Sequence record: MH450118.1
Source: Arthrobacter phage Herb
Reading direction: 5' to 3' (one strand)
Length of the DNA stretch: 32,000 bases
The number at the start of each line of letters is the position of its first letter. The first letter of the stretch is position 1. The notes beneath the pieces were generated by a model. It had not been told where the DNA came from. It did no database searches and worked only from the letters and a program-made list of their open reading frames with translations. This document shows, in pieces, positions 18,616-27,011 of this stretch. The translations under genes and the position numbers were made by a program.

Positions 18616-18648
18616 GAGGCCCTCGACCCACCTAGGGTCGGGGGCCTC
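18616..18648 (+). terminator. Stem-loop GAGGCCCTCGACCC-N5-GGGTCGGGGGCCTC
   Basis: 14-bp stem with one T:G wobble, immediately after the SSB-like gene. Confidence 0.65.
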
Positions 18649-18665
18649 ACCCCTTAGGAGATATA

Positions 18666-21299
18666 GTGGTAAAACTGTCCGAGCGGCTCGCCGCTGAACT
18701 CACCCAGTACGTACCGGAGACCATGCTCGATTCTGCCCTGGCTCTGGCGCGGGAGGGCTGGAACGTGTTCCCGCTGAGGCCCGGGACCAAGGCCCCTCTG
18801 ATCAGCAAGAAAGCAGGAGGCAATGGTGCACTCGACGGATCAACTGACGAGGACCTTATTCGCTACTGGTGGAATAAATACCCCAATGCCGGAATTGGAG
18901 CCAATCTTGGCGACGACCGGTTGGCGATTGACCTCGATTACAACCATGGCGCAACGAGGCTGGGGTCCCTACCTGATACGCGTACACATCACTCGGGGCG
19001 AGGGAACGGAAACGTTCATCTTATCTACCGAGTTGAGCCTGGGTCGGCTGCTGCGGGAGTCCGGTCCGGAACTAACGTCTTGGGTCCAGGCATTGATATT
19101 AGAGCAGGTAAGGGATCTTACATTGTAATGCCTCCGACGCCACACGAGGAGACGGGCGAACCCTACACCCTCGATGGCTTCCTGCGGGAGGAGCACACGC
19201 TCACGGACGACGAGCTGGCGGTGATCTACCAAGAGGCCGGGGTGAGCATGCCCGCGACCTCCCGTGGGGCCTCCAAGGGCCTCGCAGTGGTGGACGGGGC
19301 CAAGAGCCACAAGAGGCCGATGGAGTCCCACGCGCACACCCTCGCGGGCCTTCTGGCGGACCCTCCCTCGGAGGGTGGCCGCAACGACTGGTTCACCCGG
19401 GTGTGTGGGTTCGTGGCGAAGAAGTGCGAACGGTTCAACGACTACGAAATCCAGGTATTGGGCCACGCGGGGCGACTCGCCACACCGCTACCCGTGGAGG
19501 AGCTGCAGAAGACCCTCAACTCGGTGTGGGAGTCGGAACAGGCCAAACCTGCCAAGACGCTCTACGAGGGCAACGGGTTCTTGACTGGCAACAAGGAGCG
19601 GCTGTTCTGCCAAGTCTCCAAGCGCGAGGGCGATGATACAGTCTACGAAACGGCACCCTACGCGGACTTCGACATGGAGGCCCGTGGCGTGGCGGTGGAC
19701 GAGTCCTCCCGCCGACTGTACTGGGTCCGGGTGTTCTGGAACGGCCACCACTATGACACCACCCTGCCGGGGGAGACCCTGGGCAACGAGAACGGGTTCA
19801 AGACGTGGCTCGCTGCCCGGGGCATGAGCGTGGACCAACCGTTCAACGCGGTGCCCAAGACTCCGGCAGCTACGCGTATCCTGCGGTACCTGAACTCCCA
19901 GCAGCCCCCGGAGGTCAAGATCGTGACCACCCTGGGCTTCGACGAGACCATGGACGGCTTCGTGACCCATGAGGGTCTGATCAACCAGTCGGGCAAGGTG
20001 AACAAGGAGGAAGCGAAGATCGTGGCGGACCCCTCCCTCGTGGAGCGGGACATTGCCCCTTATGCCTACGGGATGGAGCGGGACCGGGCGGAGGCCCAGC
20101 GGGTTCTGAGCGAAATTTTGACGTTCCAAGACGAGACCGCCACATCGATCTTCGGCGCATGGTGGGCCGCTTGCCTGTTGAAGCCGCAGATTCAGGACCG
20201 GACTTCGCTGTTCCCATTCTTCGGGGTGGAAGCGGCCTCGGAGTCGGGCAAGACGAACGGCTTCTTCGACCTGATGGTGGAGCTGAACGGCAACACCCGG
20301 GGGCAGATCGTCCCGACCCGTCCGGTTCTGCGGGACTACGCCTCGGCCAACAAGAACGGGATCGTCTGGGCGGACGACCTCGACTCGCTGGAGGCGTACG
20401 GGGAACTGCTGCGGGCCTCGACCTCCAACGGCACGGCATCCAAGATGGAGGCGGACCGGAACGGCATCCGGAATACTAAGGTGGTGGCCCCGATCCTGAT
20501 CACAGGTGAGGCCCTGGGCTTCGGCACGCAGAAGGCCCTGATGGACCGGTCGGTGATCCTGAACATCACCTCACCCAAGGGCCGGAGGTCCAGGCATGAT
20601 CCGGCGAAGCTGCAGTGGGAGGACGTGCAGGAGCTGAGGTCCCTGTACCCCAAGGCGCAGGGTGGTTTGTCGGTGCTGGCGGGCTGGTATGTGCAGCATG
20701 CGCTCCAGAACGTGAAACCTGCCCTAAAGGCACTGAACGAGGCGGCTCGTCTGGTCCCGGGACGACACGGGGACAAGCTGGCGGTCCTGAGGGCCGGGGC
20801 GCGGCTGCTGGATTCTCTCGTGGGGCACGAGAACCCGTGGAGCGGGCAGGGCGAGCACGCTCGGAGGGTGGATGCCTGGGCGGGGGCGAATGTGCAGACC
20901 TTGGATCAGGACAATACCCTGACTATGAAGGTCCTGCCGTGGGCGCTCCGGGCCTTCAATTACCCGGAGAAGCCGGAGCGGATCGAGATGGGGAGGTTCC
21001 AGAACCTCATTTCTCCAGTAGTGGTGAAAGGTGACCTTGAGTCACTGAACCAGCCCGGGCTGGATGGGGCCTCAGTAGAAGTGTTCTTCTCTCCGGTCCT
21101 GTTGGCGGAGGCTTGGAAGCGGGAGCAGGGATTCAAGGTTGATGCACGTACTGAGACCCAGTCCGCACTCAGCCAACAAGCCCAAGCTTTGGCCGCAGGG
21201 CACAAGCTGTTCAAGGTCGAAGGCAAGGCTCAGCGGTACCGGGCGCTTCCGAAAGAATACTTGACAGCAGTCCTCAGCCGTGCTGAGGGCCAGGAGTAA
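18666..21299 (+). CDS. Primase-polymerase (AEP, bifunctional prim/pol N-terminal domain) fused to DUF927-like helicase/ATPase
   Basis: N-terminus 'ALAREGWNVFPLRPGTKAPLISKKAGGNGA...WWNKYPNAGIGANLGDDRLAIDLD'; C-terminal half 'FGVEAASESGKTNGFFDLM', 'GIVWADDLDSLE'. Confidence 0.85.
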   Translation: MVKLSERLAAELTQYVPETMLDSALALAREGWNVFPLRPGTKAPLISKKAGGNGALDGSTDEDLIRYWWNKYPNAGIGANLGDDRLAIDLDYNHGATRLGSLPDTRTHHSGRGNGNVHLIYRVEPGSAAAGVRSGTNVLGPGIDIRAGKGSYIVMPPTPHEETGEPYTLDGFLREEHTLTDDELAVIYQEAGVSMPATSRGASKGLAVVDGAKSHKRPMESHAHTLAGLLADPPSEGGRNDWFTRVCGFVAKKCERFNDYEIQVLGHAGRLATPLPVEELQKTLNSVWESEQAKPAKTLYEGNGFLTGNKERLFCQVSKREGDDTVYETAPYADFDMEARGVAVDESSRRLYWVRVFWNGHHYDTTLPGETLGNENGFKTWLAARGMSVDQPFNAVPKTPAATRILRYLNSQQPPEVKIVTTLGFDETMDGFVTHEGLINQSGKVNKEEAKIVADPSLVERDIAPYAYGMERDRAEAQRVLSEILTFQDETATSIFGAWWAACLLKPQIQDRTSLFPFFGVEAASESGKTNGFFDLMVELNGNTRGQIVPTRPVLRDYASANKNGIVWADDLDSLEAYGELLRASTSNGTASKMEADRNGIRNTKVVAPILITGEALGFGTQKALMDRSVILNITSPKGRRSRHDPAKLQWEDVQELRSLYPKAQGGLSVLAGWYVQHALQNVKPALKALNEAARLVPGRHGDKLAVLRAGARLLDSLVGHENPWSGQGEHARRVDAWAGANVQTLDQDNTLTMKVLPWALRAFNYPEKPERIEMGRFQNLISPVVVKGDLESLNQPGLDGASVEVFFSPVLLAEAWKREQGFKVDARTETQSALSQQAQALAAGHKLFKVEGKAQRYRALPKEYLTAVLSRAEGQE

Positions 21300-21433
21300 C
21301 AGCTCCGATGGGTCCGGTGTATACCGGGTAGTAACCCAGGTTTAGTTCAAGGAACCCCGAAACGACGGGACCAACGACAAGATAGAATACAGGTAACAAT
21401 AGTAACAACATAATTTCTTTTTTCATACGTACG

Positions 21434-21468
21434 GGAGAGGGCATCAGGTAGAGTCTGGTGTCCTCTCC
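21434..21468 (+). terminator. Stem-loop plus T-rich tail
   Basis: GGAGAGGGCATCAG-GTAGAGT-CTGGTGTCCTCTCC (14 bp, two G:T wobbles) followed by TTTCTTATAA. Confidence 0.7.
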
Positions 21469-21600
21469 TTTCTTATAAGGGATCACGCCGGGAGCCTGTT
21501 ACGCTGTATCCCATACCCCTTCTGGCCCGTCATGACGCGGCAGAAGGCCCGTTACCCTATGCCGTTACCGGCTGTTCTAGGTAGTAACCGAGGCCCCGGC

Positions 21601-21630
21601 TTGCATAGCAGGCAAACCTAGTGGTAGAGT
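21601..21630 (+). promoter_or_regulatory. Putative promoter TTGCAT-N15-TG-G-TAGAGT
   Basis: 18-nt spacer with extended -10; overlaps dyad CTTGCATAGCAGGCAAA. Confidence 0.55.
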
Positions 21631-21683
21631 AGTCTCCGTGCCCCAGCCGGGGCCTAACAACGACGAATGGGAGCCAACCCGCA

Positions 21684-21914
21684 ATGAGCGCAGTTAAGAT
21701 GGAAGCCTACCTCGGACCGAACAGGCCGGAGACCCTGGCCTCGGGGATGGGCGAGGACGGGTCCCCCGTGGCCGTCGTGCGATGCTGGCCGGAGTCGGAC
21801 CGCACGGAATGGGTCGGGGCCTACGCGACTACGGAGGATGCCCTCGGGGCCGTCCGGGAGGCCACTAACGACGAGACCTACGGCGTGCTCTGCAGCACCC
21901 GCAAGGTGCACTAA
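21684..21914 (+). CDS. Hypothetical protein
   Basis: 76 aa, ATG preceded by GGGAGCCAACC; directly upstream of the polymerase gene. Confidence 0.6.
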   Translation: MSAVKMEAYLGPNRPETLASGMGEDGSPVAVVRCWPESDRTEWVGAYATTEDALGAVREATNDETYGVLCSTRKVH

Positions 21915-21916
21915 GT

Positions 21917-24016
21917 ATGCGGCGTGAGCGCCTACTCCCCTCGGACCTGCTCAGTTATGCAAAGGCTGGGCTGGTCCCCGGGTCCAGTATGGCAGTAGAC
22001 ACCGAAACCTCCGGGTTGCGGACCGACGAAGGGGCCAGGGTTTCCACGGTCTCCATCGCTTGGCTGGACCCGGACAACGAGTGGGCTTGGGTCCGCTCGG
22101 AGCAGTGGGCCTCCGGGATCAGCACCAACCGGCAAGAAGCCGTGATCGAAGGCTGGCCGGACCAGCGAGTGATTTCGTTTGCATGGCCATTCGATCAGGG
22201 AGTGTCGGGCACCGGCAAGCCGGAGGACAACGGCCAGACCACGCTCTGGCCCGACGCGGAGAACCTGCCGCTGCCGGAGTGGCTGGCCCTGCTGGAGTTC
22301 ATCGGCCTGATCGGGGACTCCCACGGGCTGGACTTCCAGAACGCCAAGTTCGACCTACATCAGTTCCGCGCCGGAGTTAGGCGCTGGCCAGGGGTCGGTC
22401 GGGACTTCATCGACCAGCTCGCGTGGGATACCCAGAACGGCAACGATCTGGTGTTTGGCTACCTGCCGTCCACCTCGCTGAAAGGCCCCGGCACCGCGAC
22501 CGAGCACCTGTGGGGCGAGCAGGAGTCCGACGAGAAGCACGTAATCTCGGAGTACCTCAAGAAGAAGAAGCTGCCCAAGGGCCGCTGGGACCTGATGCCG
22601 TGGGACGTGATCGCCAAGTATGCCGATCAGGATGCCCGGTTGACCTCCCGACTCAAGGCGGTCCAGCAGGACCGGATTCTGTCGGGTGGGGTCCCATGGA
22701 TGGATGGCAAGCAGGGCCGGATGGACGCCTCCGAGGCGTTCCTGCGCCGGATGAACATGACCCGGCTGCTGTACCGGATGGAGAAGCGCGGGTTGCCGTT
22801 TCACGTGGAACAGGCGATGCACTGGTCGGCTGAACTCAAGCGACGTGCAGCGGAGTTCGCCCGTCTCCTGCCGTTCAAACCGGCCACGCTTGACATGGCC
22901 AAGCACTACTGGTTTGGTGAGGGTGTCAAACAGGGAGTGGAGGGACTGGGACAGCCCCCAGTGTCCACGACCGAGAAGGGTGCACCCTCACTGACGGCCA
23001 ACGATGTTGGCAAGCTGATCGCCCAGGAATTGCCGGGTGCAGTCGCATGGAGGAATTTCGCCAAGTGTCAGGACGCAGATTCGCGCTGGTACGAAGGCTG
23101 GGTTACTAAGGCCGGTCCCGATGGGCGGCTGCGGACCTCCGTAAGGCAGAATGGCACCCGGTCCGGGCGGTTCAGTGTCGAGGGCATCCAGCTACAGGCG
23201 ATCCCGCAGAACTACAAGCTGTCCGGCTACGAGGGCATGGACGGGGTTCCCTCGCCGCGTGCCTTGATCGGCGCGGCAGTGGCGGAGATGCCTGGCTGGG
23301 AGATGTGGGAGCTGGACCTCGCGAACGCCGAGCTTCGGGTGGCGGCTCTGTTCGCCAAGTGCCAACGCATGCTCGATATGATCGACGCCGGGATGGACCT
23401 GCACGGGGAGACCGCGAAGGAGCTGTTCAACGCCTCGGAGGAGGACGAGAACTGGGACCAGCGCCGGAGCATCGCCAAGCGAGCAAACTTCTCGCTGATT
23501 TTCGGGGTCGGCTGGGCCACCCTGCAGGAGAACATCGAAATCAATACCGGTATCGTCCTGTCGGACCGGGAGGCGCAAGTGCTGGTAAAGGACTGGAACG
23601 CGCTCTACCCGGAATACAAGCGGGCGATCAACCAGCACATGGACCGGATCGACCGCCGACAGAAGAGCCGCAAGGAGCTGGGTGGATACCTGCAGATGGC
23701 CAACGGCGAGCGCCGATGGTTCGCCAAGCACGAGGACACCCACAAGGGGTTCAACCAACGGGTGCAGCCCTCGCTGGCCCAGTTCGGGATCAACTGGTGG
23801 ACACTCTCGGACCAGTTCATCTCGGAGCAGCTCACCGAGGAGGAGCTGGAAATCGGCGGCACCGTGCTGCTGGTCCACGACTCCATGGTTCTGCTGCTGC
23901 CCTCGGACCGCGCCAAAATGGTAATCGACGGGGTTATCAAAATTGGTGTGGACCTCTGGGAGCAGACCTTCACCGGGGTGCCCGGTGGAGTGGACGCGAA
24001 ACCCTGGAACAAGTAG
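21917..24016 (+). CDS. dpoZ: Family A DNA polymerase with 3'-5' exonuclease domain, candidate Z-genome polymerase (DpoZ-like)
   Basis: Exo I 'MAVDTETSGLR', Exo III 'YADQDARL', motif A 'WELDLANAELRVAALF', motif B 'RRSIAKRANFSLIFGVG', motif C 'LLVHDSMVLLLP'. DpoZ assignment rests on adjacency to purZ. Confidence 0.8.
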   Translation: MRRERLLPSDLLSYAKAGLVPGSSMAVDTETSGLRTDEGARVSTVSIAWLDPDNEWAWVRSEQWASGISTNRQEAVIEGWPDQRVISFAWPFDQGVSGTGKPEDNGQTTLWPDAENLPLPEWLALLEFIGLIGDSHGLDFQNAKFDLHQFRAGVRRWPGVGRDFIDQLAWDTQNGNDLVFGYLPSTSLKGPGTATEHLWGEQESDEKHVISEYLKKKKLPKGRWDLMPWDVIAKYADQDARLTSRLKAVQQDRILSGGVPWMDGKQGRMDASEAFLRRMNMTRLLYRMEKRGLPFHVEQAMHWSAELKRRAAEFARLLPFKPATLDMAKHYWFGEGVKQGVEGLGQPPVSTTEKGAPSLTANDVGKLIAQELPGAVAWRNFAKCQDADSRWYEGWVTKAGPDGRLRTSVRQNGTRSGRFSVEGIQLQAIPQNYKLSGYEGMDGVPSPRALIGAAVAEMPGWEMWELDLANAELRVAALFAKCQRMLDMIDAGMDLHGETAKELFNASEEDENWDQRRSIAKRANFSLIFGVGWATLQENIEINTGIVLSDREAQVLVKDWNALYPEYKRAINQHMDRIDRRQKSRKELGGYLQMANGERRWFAKHEDTHKGFNQRVQPSLAQFGINWWTLSDQFISEQLTEEELEIGGTVLLVHDSMVLLLPSDRAKMVIDGVIKIGVDLWEQTFTGVPGGVDAKPWNK
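22797..22812. promoter_or_regulatory. parS-like site CGTTTCACGTGGAACA inside the polymerase gene
   Basis: 14 of 16 bases identical to TGTTTCACGTGAAACA. Confidence 0.4.
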
Positions 24017-24040
24017 ATTTACGTAGTACCAAATAGATTT

Positions 24041-24058
24041 CCGTTTCACGTGAAACGG
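24041..24058. promoter_or_regulatory. parS-like perfect 18-bp palindrome CCGTTTCACGTGAAACGG
   Basis: Contains 14 of 16 parS consensus bases; lies in the gap between polA-like and purZ genes. Confidence 0.65.
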
Positions 24059-24085
24059 GACAACCCAAACAGGAAAGAGAATAAA

Positions 24086-25219
24086 TTGAGCAACGTTATG
24101 GTAGTCGTCGGCGGGCAGTACGGTTCCGAGGCTAAGGGCCACGTCACCGCGCAGTTGGTCCGGGAGGCCGCACGGCACAACCACTCCATCGTCAATGTCC
24201 GGGTGGCGGGTCCCAACGCTGGCCATACCGCCTACGACGACGAGGGCAACAAGTTCGCGTTCCGGCAAGTCCCGGTCGGTGCGGTGATCGAACCCATCGT
24301 ATCGGTGATCGCGGCAGGGTCCGAGATTGATCTGCCGGTGCTGCTGGACGAAATCCACCTCGCCAAGGGCCACGGCCACATCCTGCAGTTGCTGGTGGAC
24401 GAGAACGCGACGATGATCGAATACCACCACAAGATGCAGGAGTCCGAGGGCCAGATGGTGGACCGGATCGGCTCTACCGCCAAGGGAATCGGCGCTGCCC
24501 GCGCCGAGCGTATCTGGCGCAAGGCCCGCCGTCTGCGCGACGTGCCTGAGGCCGTCCAGTTGCTCACCGAAATCTCGGGGGTGAAGGTGTGCGACACCGT
24601 GGCCTACCTGCACGGACAGGCCAGCCGCGAAGAGGTCAACATTATCGTTGAGGGAACCCAGGGCTACGGCCTCGGAGTCCACACGGACGCTTACCCGCAG
24701 ACCACCTCCTCGGACTGCCGCGCCATTGACTTCCTGGCCATGGCCGGGATCAGCCCTTGGCACCCCGGGATCGCTGCGGTGCAGGTGATGATCGCTTGCC
24801 GCGTCTACCCGATCCGGGTGGCTGGCAACTCCGGCCCGATGGAGGGCGAGACCACATGGGAGGAGCTGGGTCTGCCGGAGGAGCGGACCACGGTAACCCA
24901 GAAGGTGCGTCGGGTAGGTGCCTGGGATGCTGCGCTGGTGAAGGCCGCGTTCGAGGCCAACGGCGGGGTGAAGATCGACGAGGACGATATTCACGGCCAG
25001 CTCCAGTTGCTGGTATCGGGTGGGCCGAAGGTCACGGTCGCGCTGACCATGCTGGATCAGGTGGTCCCGGGCATCGAGGGTGCGACCGATATCGATAAAA
25101 TCGAGCCGGAGGAGTTCGCCAAGGTCGAGGAGTGGATCGAGAAGATTTACCGCGAGACCGGTGCCCACACCGCTATGATCACGACTTCCCCCAAGACCGC
25201 TCTCCTGATCGGAGCCTAG
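24086..25219 (+). CDS. purZ: PurZ, adenylosuccinate synthetase-like enzyme for 2-aminoadenine (dZ) synthesis
   Basis: 'VMVVVGGQYGSEAKGHVTAQLV' aligns with PurA '[20 protein letters not shown]' with the catalytic Asp replaced by Ser, and 'GPNAGHTAYDDEGNKFAFRQVP'. TTG start at 24086 after AGGAAAG (track ORF starts 24050). Confidence 0.85.
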   Translation: MSNVMVVVGGQYGSEAKGHVTAQLVREAARHNHSIVNVRVAGPNAGHTAYDDEGNKFAFRQVPVGAVIEPIVSVIAAGSEIDLPVLLDEIHLAKGHGHILQLLVDENATMIEYHHKMQESEGQMVDRIGSTAKGIGAARAERIWRKARRLRDVPEAVQLLTEISGVKVCDTVAYLHGQASREEVNIIVEGTQGYGLGVHTDAYPQTTSSDCRAIDFLAMAGISPWHPGIAAVQVMIACRVYPIRVAGNSGPMEGETTWEELGLPEERTTVTQKVRRVGAWDAALVKAAFEANGGVKIDEDDIHGQLQLLVSGGPKVTVALTMLDQVVPGIEGATDIDKIEPEEFAKVEEWIEKIYRETGAHTAMITTSPKTALLIGA

Positions 25220-25220
25220 T

Positions 25221-25871
25221 GTGGCCGACATTATTGAGCACGCGCTGAACTGCGCCTCCTTAATACCCACAGTAAACCTGACCAAGCACAAGCGCCTGCC
25301 CTGCTCCTGCGGCGCGGAGGACGCTCGGAAGCCCTCGGAGGGCCGGGAGGCCCCAGAGGCCGTCCCCGCTTCCCCGAGTGGCACGGAGACCCCGTCCGTG
25401 CCCTTGGAGCAGGTAGGAGAGCTGGAGGAGGGCGAGCAGGGGCTGTCCGGCCTGTTCAAGCTCCATGGGGTTGGGCTGTCCGAGGAAGCCCAAGAGGGAG
25501 TCCTGGCCAACCTGAGGCGTGCCCGCATCCTGGACCTGTCAGTAGGGGAGGTCCGGTCGGTGTCCTCCACCGGAGCCGAGAAGGGAGTCAAGGAAGCTAG
25601 GTTCGACTTGATCCCGGTCGGACCCCTCGAACAGCTAGCGATCCACTTTGGTCGGGGAGCGCAGAAGTACGAGCCGCACAACTGGCGCAAGGGCTACGAG
25701 CTGAGCAAGGGCTACGCGGCGCTGCAGCGACATGCTAATGCGTGGTGGGCCGGTGAGAACCTCGACCCCGAGATAGGCACCTCCCATCTGGCGGCAGTGG
25801 CGTTCCACGCCTTGGCACTGCTGGAGCTGCTGGAGACTCACCCCGAGATGGACGACAGGTTCATTATCTGA
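25221..25871 (+). CDS. MazZ-like / dATP-dGTP diphosphohydrolase-type (DUF5664-like) all-alpha NTP pyrophosphohydrolase with N-terminal extension
   Basis: 'RFDLIPVGPLEQLAIHFGRGAQKYEPHNWRKGYELSKGYAALQRHANAWWAGENLDPEIGTSHLAAVAFHALALLE...DDRF'; adjacent to purZ. Confidence 0.75.
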   Translation: MADIIEHALNCASLIPTVNLTKHKRLPCSCGAEDARKPSEGREAPEAVPASPSGTETPSVPLEQVGELEEGEQGLSGLFKLHGVGLSEEAQEGVLANLRRARILDLSVGEVRSVSSTGAEKGVKEARFDLIPVGPLEQLAIHFGRGAQKYEPHNWRKGYELSKGYAALQRHANAWWAGENLDPEIGTSHLAAVAFHALALLELLETHPEMDDRFII

Positions 25872-26083
25872 TGGGGAGGTCCAGGGCTTCACAGGCCGCA
25901 TACATCAAGCGCATCGACCGGCTCAAGAACGAGCTACTCGACCTCTGCGCCTCCGAGGGACTCAGTGTGGACGAGGAGTTCCAGCGGGTGAGGCGCTACC
26001 ACAAGGAAGATGAAATTCCGATGATCGCCGCGTACGAGCGAGTGATTGATGAAATTACCACGAAGGGACCTGTCAAGCTGTGA
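25871..26083 (+). CDS. Hypothetical protein
   Basis: 70 aa ORF coupled to neighbours at both ends. Confidence 0.6.
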   Translation: MGRSRASQAAYIKRIDRLKNELLDLCASEGLSVDEEFQRVRRYHKEDEIPMIAAYERVIDEITTKGPVKL

Positions 26084-27006
26084 AAACTCTCTACCTCGCC
26101 TACCCGATCGACTTCTCCAGCGGGCACTCCGTAACCCGGACCATCGGGGATACCGTCGTGTGGGCCAAGGGAAACGCCCTCGCGGACTCCGGTGTGCTGG
26201 CCTACGATCCCGGTGCCGCATGGTTCGTGGGACGCCGCAGGAAGGTCACCCCGGAGCTGCAGAACATCAACCAGGCCGCGATCCAGCAGTCCGACGCGAT
26301 GCTCGCCTATGCTCCATCGGGTGTCAGGTCCTGGGGTGTCCCGGCTGAGGTCGAACGGGCAGCACTGCGCGGGATGAACATCGCGATTGTGACGGACGGC
26401 AACCCTTCGTGGGCTATGCCTACCGGACCCAATGTGAAGGTAGTTCAGGTGTCCTCGACGGTGGCGGACCTGTTGGGCTGGCGACAGGCAACCGTCGAGG
26501 CGCTGAGCTGGCTGGCCGACCAGAAGCTGCCCAGCTTCGCCAAGGGCAACCCCATCCGCGAGCGCAAGAAGCTTAGGTTCGCTCCAGTGGACGAACCCTC
26601 CGAGGTCCCGGTCCAGCTTCCGACCCGGGCCTACTCGGACGATGCAGGGCTGGACCTGTTCGTGACGGAGTCGTGCTGGGTACCGGCCAACGGGTTCGTG
26701 GATATCCGCAGCCACATCAAGGTCGAGTTGCCTGAGTGGTCGTGGGGCTTCCTCGTCGGGCGGTCCTCTACCCTGCGCAAGAAGGGGTTGCTCGTGAACC
26801 CTGGGATCATCGACGCGGGCTACCGGGGCGAGCTGTTCTCCGGCGTCCAGAACATGACCGGCAAGCCCGTCTGGGTCGAGGCGGGCGAGCGGATCGCCCA
26901 GCTAATCATCGTCGGCAACGGCACCCGGCAGACCGACCCCGTGATGGTGGCGGAGCTTAGCTCCCACGCTCGCGGGACCAGCGGGTTCGGCTCCTCCGGC
27001 GTCTAA
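26080..27006 (+). CDS. Fusion: N-terminal nucleoside 2-deoxyribosyltransferase-like domain + C-terminal dUTPase
   Basis: N-terminus 'LYLAYPIDFSSG...SDAMLAYAPSGVRSWGVPAEVERAALRG'; C-terminus carries all five dUTPase motifs: 'DDAGLDLFV', 'GRSSTLRKKG', 'GIIDAGYRGELF', 'GERIAQLII', 'RGTSGFGSSG'. Confidence 0.8.
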   Translation: MKTLYLAYPIDFSSGHSVTRTIGDTVVWAKGNALADSGVLAYDPGAAWFVGRRRKVTPELQNINQAAIQQSDAMLAYAPSGVRSWGVPAEVERAALRGMNIAIVTDGNPSWAMPTGPNVKVVQVSSTVADLLGWRQATVEALSWLADQKLPSFAKGNPIRERKKLRFAPVDEPSEVPVQLPTRAYSDDAGLDLFVTESCWVPANGFVDIRSHIKVELPEWSWGFLVGRSSTLRKKGLLVNPGIIDAGYRGELFSGVQNMTGKPVWVEAGERIAQLIIVGNGTRQTDPVMVAELSSHARGTSGFGSSGV

Positions 27007-27011
27007 TACAG

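Noticed and set aside
23192-25690. 832-aa minus-strand ORF
   Set aside because: Antisense to polymerase, PurZ and MazZ-like genes, all with strong motifs; typical long spurious frame in GC-rich DNA.
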